A stretch of 62,537 nt of DNA, counting the filler. It is 5 parts of 5 records of this genome, joined end to end, with 100 filler letters (N's around TTAATTAATTAA, not from the genome) between each part and the next. Parts side by side here need not be neighbours in the genome. Positions count along the whole stretch, not along the records: positions 39,356 to 53,379 come from SRR20825006_1997; positions 53,480 to 62,537 come from SRR20825006_2021; 3 more parts are not named here. The stretch is one strand, 5' to 3'. Both the position numbers and the translations under genes were made by a program. Below, in pieces: positions 42,216-55,736 of the stretch. Numbering within the stretch: the stretch's first letter is position 1; every line of letters starts with the position of its first letter. The notes below the pieces were generated by a model. That model made no database searches. It saw only the letters and a list, made by a program, of their open reading frames with translations, and was not told where the DNA came from.

Positions 42216-45175
42216 GCGGAGCACAGCGAATTGCAGGTCAGGGGCGCCTGACGCCTGCGAAAACCGTACGTTTCTCGTTTGATGGTAAAACCTATACGGC
42301 CCTCGAAGGCGATACGCTGGCCTCTGCGCTTCTGGCCAATGGTGTTCATCTTGTTGGACGTTCATACAAATATCATCGGCCGCGCGGTTTCCTGACAGCC
42401 GGCTCTGAAGAGCCGAATGCGCTTTTCGATATTGCACGCGACAGTGCGCGACGTCAGCCGAATGTGCGCGGCACTGTTCAGGAAGTATTTGACGGGATGA
42501 AGGCAACTTCGCAAAACCGGTGGCCTTCGCTCACTTTCGACACAGGTGCGATAAACGACCTGCTGTCCCCTTTCTTCATTGCCGGGTTTTACTACAAGAC
42601 TTTCATGTGGCCGCGTGCTGCCTGGCACAGGCTCTATGAACCGCTGATCCGCAAGGCCGCAGGTCTTGGTGTAGCGCCGACGGAAGCGGACCCTGATACC
42701 TATTCCAGCCGCTATGCGCATTGTGATGTGCTCGTGGTTGGTGCAGGTCTTGCCGGGTTGACGGCAGCATTGACAGCCGCGCGTGCAGGCAAGGATGTGA
42801 TCATCTGTGACGAGCAGCCCGAGGCCGGCGGTGCGCTTTCCTATGAAACTGGCACGAAGGTGGATGGCCGCTCCGGTTATGACTGGGTGCACGACGTTGC
42901 GACTGAACTTTCAGCCATGGGAAATGTTCGCCTGATGACGCGGACGACGGCGTTTGGCTATTACAATCACAATTTCATCAGCCTGGTCGAGCGGCTGACC
43001 GATCATCTTCCCAACGCGGAAGCAGAAGGCCCGCGTGAGCGTCTCTGGCAGGTGCGCGCCGATCAGGTCATTCTGGCCACCGGGTCGATAGAGCGTCCGA
43101 TGGTCTTTGCCAATAATGACCGGCCCGGCATCATGCTGGCTTCGGCTGCCCGCCGCTATCTGAACCAGTATGGCGTGGCTGTGGGCGAGAATGTCGGCGT
43201 CTATTGTGCCCATGACAGCGCATATGAAGCTGCGTTTGACCTGAAACGTGCCGGTGTGAAGATCGCGGCGATCATCGACAGCCGTGAAGAACCCGGTGCT
43301 GGCCTTGTCGATGAGGCGCGTTCGCTGGATATCAAGGTGCTGACCAATCACGCAGTCGTCAATACCAGGGGGCGTCTGAGAGTGAAATCGATGGAAGTTC
43401 GTGGGCTATCAAGTGGCAAGAAGCGGGACTTTCCGATTGATGCACTGCTTACCTGTGCCGGCTGGACGCCATCAGTGCATCTGTTTTCGCAGTCGCGCGG
43501 GAAGTTGATTTTTGATGCTGAAAACGAACGTTTTGTTCCAGGGAGCTATGCGCAGAATGCAGTCTGCGTTGGCGCTTGCAGCGGCACAGATGCAATTCAC
43601 GCCATTATCGGTGAAGCCGCTTCGGCGGGGGGCGGTGAGGCTGGGTATTCCGGCGAAAACGCCTGGCACTGGACCGGCGGCATGTTGGGCGCTGCCGAAG
43701 GCGCCGGAGCAGACGATCATGTCAAGGCATTCATCGATTATCAGCACGATGTGTGTGCGAAAGATATCCGGCAGGCCGTTCACGAAGGCATGGCATCCAT
43801 CGAGCATATCAAGCGGTTCACGACCAATGGTATGGCGTCTGATCAGGGCAAGCTCTCCAACATGCACGGCCTTGCCATTGCCGCCGAAATGCTGGACCGG
43901 CCGATTCCGCAGGTTGGCCTGACAACCTTTCGGCAGCCCTACACGCCGGTCACTTTTGGCACGCTGATCAGCCATTCGCGCGGTCATCTGTTTGATCCGG
44001 CCCGCAAGACGTCCATTCATGGCTGGGCAGAAAAGCACGGTGCGATCTTCGAGGATGTCGGCAATTGGAAACGCGCCTGGTATTTCCCGAAAACCGGCGA
44101 AACCAAGGAAGATGCCGTTTCCCGCGAGTGTACAACCACCCGACAGGTTGCCGGTCTTTTCGATGCTTCGACGCTTGGCAAGATCGAGGTTGTCGGCCCG
44201 GATGCCGAAGCGTTCATGAACCTGATGTATTCCAATGCCTGGTCAACGCTGAAGCCCGGAAAGTGCCGTTATGGCCTGATGTTGCGCGAAGATGGCTACG
44301 TCTATGATGATGGTGTCGTGGGCAGGCTCGCACCGGATCGTTTCCATATTACGACGACCACCGGCGGTGCGCCGCGTGTTCTCAATCAGATGGAAGATTA
44401 CCTGCAGACAGAGTTTCCGCACCTGAATGTCTGGCTGACGTCGACAACCGAACAATGGGCCGTGATTGCCGTTCAGGGGCCAAAAGCTCGGGAAATCATC
44501 GCGCCTTTTGTTGAGGGGGGCGATATCTCTGCCGATGCCTTCTCCCATATGAGTGTTGTGGAGTGCCGGGTTTGCGGCGTGCCCGCCCGCCTGTTTCGGG
44601 TCTCCTTTACGGGTGAACTCGGTTTTGAGATCAACGTTCCGGCGGATTTCGGGCTTTCGGTCTGGAAGCAGGTTTATGAGCGTGCGGAAAGCTTCGGTGC
44701 CTGCGCCTATGGCACGGAAACCATGCATGTGTTGCGCGCCGAAAAAGGCTTTATCGTTGTCGGTCAGGATACTGACGGAACGGTGACGCCGTTTGATCTT
44801 GGCATGGGATGGGCCGTCTCGAAGAAGAAAACTGATTTCGTCGGTATACGCGGGTTGAAGCGACCGGATCTGGTCGCGGAAAACCGCAAGCAGCTTGTCG
44901 GATTGGTCGTCAAGAATAATCCACGGCAGGTGCTGGAGGAAGGGGCACATGTTGTTGTCGATCCTGCCGCAACCAAACCTGTACCGGCTCTTGGCCATGT
45001 CACCTCGGCCTACTGGTCTGAAAACCTTGGTCAGGGTATTGCTTTTGCGTTGATCGAAAACGGCCACAGCCGAAAAGGTGAAACACTTTACGTGCCGATG
45101 CCGGATCGAAATATCGCTGTAGAAGTGGCTGACACCTTTTTCTACGACAAGGAAGGAAACCGCATCAATGGCTGA
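42212..45175 (+). CDS. soxA: Sarcosine oxidase alpha subunit
   Basis: GDTLASALLANG, KYHRPRG, DASTLGKI, C-terminal GcvT-like domain. Confidence 0.96.
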   Translation: MSGAQRIAGQGRLTPAKTVRFSFDGKTYTALEGDTLASALLANGVHLVGRSYKYHRPRGFLTAGSEEPNALFDIARDSARRQPNVRGTVQEVFDGMKATSQNRWPSLTFDTGAINDLLSPFFIAGFYYKTFMWPRAAWHRLYEPLIRKAAGLGVAPTEADPDTYSSRYAHCDVLVVGAGLAGLTAALTAARAGKDVIICDEQPEAGGALSYETGTKVDGRSGYDWVHDVATELSAMGNVRLMTRTTAFGYYNHNFISLVERLTDHLPNAEAEGPRERLWQVRADQVILATGSIERPMVFANNDRPGIMLASAARRYLNQYGVAVGENVGVYCAHDSAYEAAFDLKRAGVKIAAIIDSREEPGAGLVDEARSLDIKVLTNHAVVNTRGRLRVKSMEVRGLSSGKKRDFPIDALLTCAGWTPSVHLFSQSRGKLIFDAENERFVPGSYAQNAVCVGACSGTDAIHAIIGEAASAGGGEAGYSGENAWHWTGGMLGAAEGAGADDHVKAFIDYQHDVCAKDIRQAVHEGMASIEHIKRFTTNGMASDQGKLSNMHGLAIAAEMLDRPIPQVGLTTFRQPYTPVTFGTLISHSRGHLFDPARKTSIHGWAEKHGAIFEDVGNWKRAWYFPKTGETKEDAVSRECTTTRQVAGLFDASTLGKIEVVGPDAEAFMNLMYSNAWSTLKPGKCRYGLMLREDGYVYDDGVVGRLAPDRFHITTTTGGAPRVLNQMEDYLQTEFPHLNVWLTSTTEQWAVIAVQGPKAREIIAPFVEGGDISADAFSHMSVVECRVCGVPARLFRVSFTGELGFEINVPADFGLSVWKQVYERAESFGACAYGTETMHVLRAEKGFIVVGQDTDGTVTPFDLGMGWAVSKKKTDFVGIRGLKRPDLVAENRKQLVGLVVKNNPRQVLEEGAHVVVDPAATKPVPALGHVTSAYWSENLGQGIAFALIENGHSRKGETLYVPMPDRNIAVEVADTFFYDKEGNRING

Positions 45176-45728
45176 TATTCAGTTCGCAGAACGCACATTG
45201 CCGTTGTCTGGCCGCTTTGGCGGTTCGTCCGTTGCACGTCTGGTCGTGGCTGAACCGGCAACGCGGCTTTCCATACGTGCCGGTGAAGAAACGTTAGGGG
45301 TGCTTTCCGGTGCTCTTGAACTCGACTTACCGCGCAAAGCTTTGACTGCCAGCGGTGGTGATGGCCGCTTCGCCTTCTGGCTGGGGCCGGATGAATGGCT
45401 GGTCATTGATGAATTCGGGGAAGAGCTTTTGGAGCGTCTTCGTCACATCGATGCCACTTTTTCGGCCGTTGATATTTCACACCGTAATGTTGCGATCATG
45501 GTTGACGGTCCCGGTGCCTCGGCGACACTCAATATTGCCTGCCCGATGGATCTGCGAACAACGGCCTTTCCGGTTGGGAAGGTGGCGCGCACGGTTTTCG
45601 GTAAGGCTGAAATTATCCTGCACCGCAAGGATGAAAATACATTCCGGGTGGAGTGCTGGCGCTCGTTTGCGTCATATGTTTTCGGCCTTCTGGATGAAGG
45701 CGCGAAGGACGCAGCGCTCACCGTATAA
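45168..45728 (+). CDS. soxG: Sarcosine oxidase gamma subunit
   Basis: WLGPDEWL, ECWRSFASY. Confidence 0.93.
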   Translation: MADIQFAERTLPLSGRFGGSSVARLVVAEPATRLSIRAGEETLGVLSGALELDLPRKALTASGGDGRFAFWLGPDEWLVIDEFGEELLERLRHIDATFSAVDISHRNVAIMVDGPGASATLNIACPMDLRTTAFPVGKVARTVFGKAEIILHRKDENTFRVECWRSFASYVFGLLDEGAKDAALTV

Positions 45729-45733
45729 TCGGT

Positions 45734-46792
45734 TTATTCATGCGCCAGACCTTCCCAGTCAACCCATCGGCCATGAAAATCGGCCCGTCCGACTGACCTT
45801 TTCAGGCCACCCGGCCAGATGGTGAGTGCGAGGCCGGCACCCGGCGTATGTTCGTCGGCTTCCATGGTCAGATGGCAAAGCGGAGCGGTTTCACTGGCGC
45901 GCAGGCCAGCTTCCGCAATTAGCTTTTCGCCTTTTTTGCGTGCTTCATACGGCAGATATTGCCATGCAATCGTATGATAAATCACATGCACCTGATTTGA
46001 CCTATGAACGGCGAGACGACGGTCTAGCCAGTCTACAGCATCCGCCTTTTCAACGATGAGATTTTCTTCACGCGCCAGTTTTAGCGCAGTTTCCGTGCGC
46101 CGCAATCGGTCTTCTTGGTCTGCCCATATATAGGACATAAGCCGTTCGCAATGCGCTGGATTGGTGGCATTCAATGGGTTCAGGTCACATCCGGCGCGCT
46201 CTGCTACATCGACCGGTGTTTGAGGAGGCAAAGGCCCGTGCCATTCCGGAGTGATCTCAAAAGGCGCATCGCCCGGAGGCGCAAACAGCTTTCCACCCAG
46301 CCGGTAGGCAAAGCGATCCCACAGGAGATTAAGTCCGGCAGAGGCACCAATCTCTGAAAGCACAAGCGGTTTGCCTGGAAAACGCGCCGCAATCGCAGCA
46401 AAAGCCGGAAACAGGGCGGCGGAACGGCGAACTTCATTGGTTTGAGGCGCCGATTTCATACGCTCGGCGATAAAGTCGGCCTTCTCATCCAGTGCGCGCT
46501 GAATGCCGCCCCACAGCGCGGTATCCGATGGCCGTTCCGGCGGATAAACGGCTGTCAGCGGTTCGAAACCCTGCCGTTTGAGAGCATGAAGGGCACCGCA
46601 AAAACGAAGTGCCAGTGCATCTGCGACGGCCCGGTCTTCCGGCCATTGATTGATCAGGCCACCAATTGGTGATGACGGGTTCAGCTTTTCAATCGCAAGA
46701 AGGCAAAGCCGGGCGGTGAATGGCGAGCCCAGTTCGCGGCAGGCGCGTGCCTGTCGTTCAAAACCTTCACGTATGATGGAAGACGCAAGCAT
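45734..46792 (-). CDS. DUF2332 family protein
   Basis: QTNEVRRS, EIGASAGLNL, AGCDLNP, DFHGRW. Confidence 0.88.
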   Translation of the reverse strand: MLASSIIREGFERQARACRELGSPFTARLCLLAIEKLNPSSPIGGLINQWPEDRAVADALALRFCGALHALKRQGFEPLTAVYPPERPSDTALWGGIQRALDEKADFIAERMKSAPQTNEVRRSAALFPAFAAIAARFPGKPLVLSEIGASAGLNLLWDRFAYRLGGKLFAPPGDAPFEITPEWHGPLPPQTPVDVAERAGCDLNPLNATNPAHCERLMSYIWADQEDRLRRTETALKLAREENLIVEKADAVDWLDRRLAVHRSNQVHVIYHTIAWQYLPYEARKKGEKLIAEAGLRASETAPLCHLTMEADEHTPGAGLALTIWPGGLKRSVGRADFHGRWVDWEGLAHE

Positions 46793-46795
46793 TGG

Positions 46796-47284
46796 TCAGA
46801 TATCTTCCGGCCGGTCAGCCGCGTTGAACTGGACCAGCGTGATCCAGTCGGCGGTGAGGGCCGGTTTTTTCGCCCCTTCGATTTCAATACTCACGCCATA
46901 GCTGATTGCCAGCAATTCGCCACCTCTGAAACGCGCTTCATTCAGGTTGAAGTGGCCGCGCACCCGTGCGCCGCATTTCACCGGATTCATGAAACGAACC
47001 TTGTCGAAGCCAAAATTGATACCCATGGTCTGCTCACGCACTTTTGGCACACAATCGAAGTTCATCGCTGAAAGCAATGAAAGCGTCAGAAAACCGTGGG
47101 CGATCGTTCCACCGAAAGGACTTTCGGCGCGCGCGCGCTCCGGGTCTGTGTGGATAAACTGATGGTCGTGGGTGGCATCGGCGAATGTGTCGATCATGGA
47201 CTGGTCCACGGTGAACCAGCGGGATACGCCGACCTCCTGACCCACATAACTCTTCACGTCTGCAAGCGAGATTTCTATGGGCAT
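46796..47284 (-). CDS. MaoC family dehydratase (NodN-like)
   Basis: FADATHDHQFIHTDP, TIAHGFLTLS. Confidence 0.92.
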   Translation of the reverse strand: MPIEISLADVKSYVGQEVGVSRWFTVDQSMIDTFADATHDHQFIHTDPERARAESPFGGTIAHGFLTLSLLSAMNFDCVPKVREQTMGINFGFDKVRFMNPVKCGARVRGHFNLNEARFRGGELLAISYGVSIEIEGAKKPALTADWITLVQFNAADRPEDI

Positions 47285-47336
47285 TTGACCATCTTTCGTT
47301 GTGTTTATGCCTTTGGAGCTCTCGCTGGAACGTTCT

Positions 47337-49319
47337 TTATACGTCACCGTCGGAGAGCTCTTCGGCATAAAACGATACGGAGCGAGGTTCAAGCGCGATT
47401 TCAACCGCACCTTGTCTCTTGCCTGTGAGCATATGCCAGCCATGACGGTCAGCTTCCGGCAGATCAAACGCCTTTTGCTCGTGGCTGCGATTGATCAGCA
47501 CAGCCAGTCGTGTCTGACGTCCTGTGGTTTTGTCTGTTGTATTCAGAACAATACTCAGGCAGGCGCAATCTGCTGCTTCCCAATCCTCAACAGACATGGC
47601 TTCTCCATCCTGGCGTAACCAGGTCACGTCGTCTTCGGTAAAGAACCGGGTTTCGGAGAAGACTTCAAATCGTTTGCGCAATGCCGAAAGACTGCCGGTG
47701 TAATCGATCAGCTCCTGATCCATGGCCTTCCAGTTCAGCCATGTGGTTTTATTATCCTGGCAATAGGCGTTGTTGTTGCCGTTCTGGCTGTGTCCTCCTT
47801 CATCCCCGGCTTTCAACATGATGGCGCCGCGGCTGGCAAAGAGGGTCGAAAGCAGTGCTTTCATATCCTGTCTTCGGTGTTGAATAACACTATCTTTGTC
47901 TGTCTCGCCCTCAACACCGTTGTTCCATGAATAGTTTTCACTATGGCCGTCGCGGTTACGCTCACCATTCGGGCCATTGTGTTTATGAACATAGGCCGTC
48001 ATGTCATAAAGCGTCATGCCATCATGAGCTGCGATAAAGTTTACGGTCCGCGTTTCATCGGAATTCCGTGTTGAAAAAATATGTGATGAACCGGAGATCG
48101 CATCGGCCAGACGGCCCGTCAGATGCTGATCGCCACGCCAGAACTTGCGAAGATCGTCGCGCGCGCGGTCATTCCACTCCAGAAACGGCGCAGGAAAGTG
48201 TCCGAGCTGATAACCGCCGGGGCCGATATCCCATGGCTCGGCAATCATCATCCGGTTCTTGAGCACAGGGTCGTTGAGTATGGCGGTGAGGGTTTCGGCA
48301 TGGGTATCGAAGCCCGAACGGGTTCGCCCGAGGATCGGCGCCAGATCAAAACGAAAACCGTCGATACCCGCCTGTGTCACGAAGTGCTTCAGGCTGTCGA
48401 TGATCATCTGCCGCACATGTGGATGGTCGCAGGCAATGGTGTTGCCGCAGCCGGTATCATTGATCATTACCGAGGGGTCGTCTTCAGCCAGCCGATAATA
48501 GACCGTGTTGTCGAGCCCACGAAAACTGAGCGAGCCGCCGAAATGGTCGCTCTCGCCAGTATGGTTGAAAACCAGATCGAGGATAACGCCAATGCCGGCA
48601 TCATGCAGTGCCTCGACGGCCCTGCGCAGTTCTTTGATCCCACCGGGACAAATGCGAGGTTCCAGCGCCATGAAGGTGACAGGGTTGTATCCCCACGCAT
48701 TCTTCAGGTTGAGCGAGAGGAGATGGCGTTCATCGATCCAGGCTGTTACCGGCATCAGCTCAATGGCATCGACGCCCAGTTTTTGCAGGTGTTCGATAAC
48801 AGCACCATGCCCAAGGGCTGCGACCGTGCCGCGAATGGATTCCGGTACATGCGGGTTCAGCTTGGTGAGTGCCTTGACATTTGCCTCATAAATCAGACCA
48901 CCGGAGGGGAAATCGATGTGGTCTACCGCGTCATCGAAGTCAGCTGTGACGATGCTTTTTGGCACAAGATGGGCGGTATCGGCACCGAAATCGCTTAAAA
49001 TCGGGGCAAACCGGTAGGGTCGGTCAATTTCCCTGGCATAGGGGTCAACCAGTAGTTTGGCCGGATCAAACCAGTGACCCCGCATGGGATCGAAGTTTCC
49101 GAAGGCCCGGTAGCCATAGCGCTGGCCTGGCTTCAGGCCATCCACAAACAGCGTATAGAGGTTGTTGCCGCCACGCGACATTGGCAGGCGAGATGTTTCC
49201 TTCTCGCCCTTTTTGTCATAAAGGCAAAGCTCCATGCCGGTCGCATTTTCGGAATAGACAGAAAATTCAACGCCCCGATCCGTCACCCGGACGCCTGGTT
49301 CTTTTTTGTCGCTGCTCAT
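47337..49319 (-). CDS. glgX: Glycogen debranching enzyme
   Basis: WGYNP, DLVFNHTGE, DGFRFDLA, AEPWD, AHDG, NNAYCQDN. Confidence 0.95.
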   Translation of the reverse strand: MSSDKKEPGVRVTDRGVEFSVYSENATGMELCLYDKKGEKETSRLPMSRGGNNLYTLFVDGLKPGQRYGYRAFGNFDPMRGHWFDPAKLLVDPYAREIDRPYRFAPILSDFGADTAHLVPKSIVTADFDDAVDHIDFPSGGLIYEANVKALTKLNPHVPESIRGTVAALGHGAVIEHLQKLGVDAIELMPVTAWIDERHLLSLNLKNAWGYNPVTFMALEPRICPGGIKELRRAVEALHDAGIGVILDLVFNHTGESDHFGGSLSFRGLDNTVYYRLAEDDPSVMINDTGCGNTIACDHPHVRQMIIDSLKHFVTQAGIDGFRFDLAPILGRTRSGFDTHAETLTAILNDPVLKNRMMIAEPWDIGPGGYQLGHFPAPFLEWNDRARDDLRKFWRGDQHLTGRLADAISGSSHIFSTRNSDETRTVNFIAAHDGMTLYDMTAYVHKHNGPNGERNRDGHSENYSWNNGVEGETDKDSVIQHRRQDMKALLSTLFASRGAIMLKAGDEGGHSQNGNNNAYCQDNKTTWLNWKAMDQELIDYTGSLSALRKRFEVFSETRFFTEDDVTWLRQDGEAMSVEDWEAADCACLSIVLNTTDKTTGRQTRLAVLINRSHEQKAFDLPEADRHGWHMLTGKRQGAVEIALEPRSVSFYAEELSDGDV

Positions 49320-49435
49320 CTAATCCTGTTCAGATCGTATGTTTGATTCATTACGAAGCAGATACGATCTGACCTTTTGTCATTATGCAAGTATGTCTCA
49401 TCAGACGAGCATCTGCCTTTCAGTTTGTGGCGGGT

Positions 49436-51067
<1,632 letters not shown>

Positions 51068-52513
51068 CTAGTGCACCATATTATAGAGTTTTGAATAAAG
51101 CTCGGCATAGCGTTCGGCGCTGACATCCCAGGAGACATCGGTTTTCATGCCCTGTTTCTGCATTTGCATCCAGACCTTTTTGTTCTTGTAAAGCCGGACT
51201 GTACGACGGATAGCCTGAACGAGCGATGTATGGTCAACGGGTGAAAACTGGATGCCGGTGGCTGCTTTGACCTTCAGCGCCGCCGGGTTGGCATCGACGA
51301 TTGTATCGGCCAGTCCACCGGTGCGCGCAACGACTGGAATGCAACCGTAGCGAAGACCGTAAAGCTGTGTGAGACCGCAGGGTTCAAAGCGTGACGGGAT
51401 CAGGATCGCATCGGCACCGGCCTGAAGCATGTGCGAAAGCGTTTCATCGTAGCCGATGATTGTACCCACCCGTCCGGGATAAAGCCGCACCGCATTTTCG
51501 AAGGCCCGTTCAAGCTGATGGTCGCCGGTTCCCAGCACTGCAAGCTTGCCGCCCATGGCGACGATGTTGCCGATCGCGTCTGCCAGAAGGTCCATGCCTT
51601 TTTGCCAGGTCAATCGCGAAACAACGCAGAAAATCGGGGAATCGTCGTTATCGAGGCCGAACCGCTCGCTCAGTTGCTGGCGGTTATGGGCGCGCTGCCG
51701 CAGCTTCGTACAGTTATAACGATGGGCAATTGTATCATCGGTCTCAGGGTCCCATACGGCGGTATCAATGCCGTTGACAATGCCGTGCACTGTTTCGGAA
51801 CGCGCTGAGATCAGGCCTTCCAGCCCCATGCCATATTGTGGCGTCTGGATTTCATCCGCATAGGTCGGACTGACGGTAGTAACAGCCCACGCAGCGTGAA
51901 GGCCGCCCTTCAGATAGCCGACCGTGCCGTAATACTCGACGCCATCAACCGACATGGCATGAGAAGGCAAACGCAGCGAGGAAAAGATCGTCGGATCAAA
52001 CTGGCCCTGAAATGCGATGTTGTGAATGGTGACGATCGATGGTTTTTCACGCATTTCCGCATAACGCATATAGACTGGCGTCATGGCCGCCTGCCAGTCA
52101 TGGGCATGAACGATATCCGGCTCCCAGTCCGGCAATGCTCCGGCTGCAATATCTGCCGCCGCTTTCGCCAGCGCACCGAAGCGGCGCCAGTTATCCGAAT
52201 AACCTTCACCTGTCGATGAATTATATGGATTGCCGAAGCGATTGAAATAGGCCGGCGCATCCAGAACCAGCAGTTCAAGCCCGGCATGGCGCGCATAAAG
52301 CAGCGTTGCCGGTTCTCCAAGGAGGTCTGGGAAGTCGAGCAGCTTTTCGGCCGAGTCGCCGACGGCTTTCAAAACAGCCGGATATCCGGGAACAAGCGAG
52401 CGTGTTTCAACGCCGAAGTTTTGAAGTGCAAGCGGCAGTGCGCCAGCAACATCGGCCAGACCGCCCGTTTTGATCAGCGGGTAGATTTCCGATGTGACGG
52501 AAAGAACCTTCAT
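51068..52513 (-). CDS. glgA: Glycogen synthase
   Basis: [24 protein letters not shown]. Confidence 0.96.
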   Translation of the reverse strand: MKVLSVTSEIYPLIKTGGLADVAGALPLALQNFGVETRSLVPGYPAVLKAVGDSAEKLLDFPDLLGEPATLLYARHAGLELLVLDAPAYFNRFGNPYNSSTGEGYSDNWRRFGALAKAAADIAAGALPDWEPDIVHAHDWQAAMTPVYMRYAEMREKPSIVTIHNIAFQGQFDPTIFSSLRLPSHAMSVDGVEYYGTVGYLKGGLHAAWAVTTVSPTYADEIQTPQYGMGLEGLISARSETVHGIVNGIDTAVWDPETDDTIAHRYNCTKLRQRAHNRQQLSERFGLDNDDSPIFCVVSRLTWQKGMDLLADAIGNIVAMGGKLAVLGTGDHQLERAFENAVRLYPGRVGTIIGYDETLSHMLQAGADAILIPSRFEPCGLTQLYGLRYGCIPVVARTGGLADTIVDANPAALKVKAATGIQFSPVDHTSLVQAIRRTVRLYKNKKVWMQMQKQGMKTDVSWDVSAERYAELYSKLYNMVH

Positions 52514-52516
52514 GGG

Positions 52517-53379
52517 TCAGTCTTCCAGTTTGTCGATCATGGATTGGGTGATCAGGCAGATACCGCTTTCCGTTCGCCTGAAGCGCTTGGCATCAAGCTC
52601 AGGGTCTTCGCCGACCACCATACCTTCCGGAATACTGACGCCGTGATCAATGATCACGTTTTTCAGTTGTGCATACCGGCTGATATGGACGTGAGGCAGG
52701 ACGACGGCACCTTCGAGACGAGAGTAGGAATTGGCTCTGACACCGGTAAACAAGAGGCTCTTGTAAAGTTGCGAACCGGAAATGATGCAGTCGCCGGAGA
52801 CCACCGAAGAAATGGCCGAACCGCGCCGGTTTTCATCATCATGGACAAACTTGGCAGGCGGTGTCGCCTCCGAATAGGTCCATACAGGCCAGGATTTATC
52901 GTAGATATCGAGATCCGGAACAATGCCGGTCAGGTCGATATTGGCCTGCCAGTAGGCATCAAGTGTTCCCACATCACGCCAATAGGCCCGGTCCTCACGG
53001 CTGGAGCGGACACAGCTGCTGGAAAAGCGATGGGCGACAGCTTTGCCATGCTTGACGATATAAGGGACGATATCCTTGCCGAAGTCGCGGCTCGACGTCG
53101 GATCTGCGGCATCGCGTGCAAGGCACTCAAACAGGAATTTCCGATTGAATACGTAAATTCCCATAGACGCCAGTGACATCGTTTCGTTGCCGGGAATACC
53201 GGGTGGACTGGCTGGTTTCTCGACGAAATCGACAATATTGTCATGCTCATCGACATGCATGACGCCGAAACCGCGGGCCTCTTCCACGGGCACCTCAAGG
53301 CAGCCGATGGTGATGTCAGCACCGGAATCGACATGCTGCTGGAGCATCGGCTCGTAGTCCATCTTGTAGACGTGGTCGC
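52517..53379 (-). CDS. glgC: Glucose-1-phosphate adenylyltransferase (C-terminal part)
   Basis: [31 protein letters not shown]. Confidence 0.95.
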
Positions 53380-53479
53380 NNNNNNNNNNNNNNNNNNNNN
53401 NNNNNNNNNNNNNNNNNNNNNNNTTAATTAATTAANNNNNNNNNNNNNNNNNNNNNNNNNNNNNNNNNNNNNNNNNNNN
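53380..53479. other. Artificial contig linker
   Basis: N run with TTAATTAATTAA. Confidence 0.98.
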
Positions 53480-55662
53480 GGCGTCAGGAACGAGGTCTGC
53501 AGGTTCACCGCGATCATGATCGTCACCCATTTGGGATCGAAGGTGCCGCCATAGATGACCGGCCCGACGATGGGGATCACGATGTAGATGATCTCGAGGA
53601 AATCCAGCACGAAGCCCAGCAGGAACAGCACCAGCATCACCAGCAGGAACACCGTGATCTCGTTGTCAAAGGACTTGAGGAACATCTGGATGTAATGTTC
53701 GCCGCCAAAGCTGATGACCACGAGGTTCAGGATCTGGCTGCCGATCAGGATGGTGAACACCATCGACGTCACCTTGGCCGTTTCGCGCACGATGGGCGTC
53801 AGCACACCCGAGGTGAACAGGATCCAGCAGCTGAACAGCAGGCCGAACAGCGCATAGAGATAGGCGGCATAGGCGACAAAGAACGCAACCCAGCTTTCGA
53901 AGGACACGCCTTCGATGTTGATGCGCAAATCAAAGTTCACACCAACAAGGATACAGACCAGAATGGCCAGCGTGGACCAGATGATCACCTTGGGGCTGCG
54001 GTCGGTGTCGGTCAGCTTGCGGTAGGCCGCCAGCATGATCGCACCACCTGCCCCCAGCGCCGCTGCGGGTGTCGGGTTGGTGATGCCGCCCAGGATCGAG
54101 CCCAGAACCGCCACGATCAGGACCAGCGGCGGGAACACCACGCGGATCAGTTCGTTCTTGGCGCAGCTGATCGCCCCGTGATAGCAGCCATAGAGCACCG
54201 CCGCGAAAGGCACCGCCATCAGCACCACGTAGACGCCCGAGGACGTACGCGGGCCGATCAACAGGATGTCGACCAGCAGCACCAGCACCGCACCGATGGC
54301 CCCCACCACCAGCGGGCGTTTGTCGCGCGAGGGTGCTACGCCGCGGGCTGTGGTCAGGATCAGACCGGCCAGGATCAACAGGATCGCGGTGCCTGTGCCG
54401 ATGGGTGCCGCGTTCGCGACCTTGGCATCAATGGCCGCTTGCAGGGCTTCGGGCGACAGGCGCTCCGAGGCGTGCAGGCCGCCCGCCGCGTCGATCTCTT
54501 GTTGCTGTGCGACCGCCGTGTCCCATTTGGACTGGCCGTGCAGTTCGATCATCGACGCCTTGCAGTCTTCGGACACATTGGTGCGCAGCGACGCGCCCTT
54601 TTCGATGTCCGAAAAGGACGACACGGTCATGTTCTGCGATCCGACCACGCCGAGGTTCCCCAGCAGGATCGTGCCCACCACCATCAGCATCGGCGCGCCC
54701 AGGAACCAGGTAAAGCCTTCGCGGCGTGTGATCGGCTCGGACATGCTCGCGCCCATCGGCACTGCTGGGGCTTTCTCGGGGTTCAGCAGCGCGTAGACAA
54801 AGGCATAAAGCGCGTAAAGCAACGCTAGCAGGATGCCCGGCAGCAGCGCCGCCTGGAACAGCGTCCCCACCGACAGAACCGCCGGTTTGCCCAGATAGCT
54901 GAGTGCGTCGGTACAGCCCGCAAGCTGGGCGCGCTGTTCCTGTGCGGCGGAATAGAGATCCCCCGCCAGTGTGCCCAGCAGAACGATCACGATAGAGGGC
55001 GGAATGATCTGCCCCAGCGTGCCGGATGCGGCAATGACGCCGGTGGCGATCTCGGGCGAATAGTTGTTGCGCAGCATGGTCGGCAGCGCCAGCAGGCCCA
55101 TGGTCACCACCGTCGCACCCACGATGCCAGTCGAGGCGGCCAGGAAGGCCCCCACCACCACGATCGACACGGCCAGACCGCCCGGCAGCGGGCCAAAGAC
55201 ACGCGCCATCGTGGTCAGCAGATCGTTGGCGATTTTCGAGCGTTCCAGGGTGATACCCATCAGGACGAACATCAGCACCGCCAGCAGGGTTTCAATCGAC
55301 TGCCCCGCCAGAACCCGTTCGTTCATGCGGTTCACGATGAAGGACACGTTGCGGTCCATCGCGACTTCCCAGCCTTGCGGGAACACCGCTTCCGCGACGC
55401 GCGGCAGGTCGGGGTATCGGAAGATACTGATCGCATCCGCCTTGACCCCGCTGTTGACCAGATCGCGATAGGCCGCGCTGGACTGATCGATCGCCTGGTG
55501 GATCAGCAGCCCCGCGCTGTCCAGCGCCGCGATGATCCCGAACGAGATGATGCCGGCACCGCCGATGGCAAAGGCCACCGGAAAGCCCGACAGGATGCCG
55601 CCAAACAGGCAGACAAAGACGATGATCAGGCCAATTTCGACGCCATCGAGTCCAAACAACAT
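53480..55662 (-). CDS. TRAP transporter large permease DctM with insertions (3' truncated)
   Basis: ASGTLGQIIPPS, GITNPT, NLQTSFLTP. Confidence 0.93.
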
Positions 55663-55736
55663 GATATTCTGTCCCTAATCTTTACGTGCAGGCGGTGTGC
55701 GCCCGTCATTATTGTGTGTGATGATCGGTGCGCACA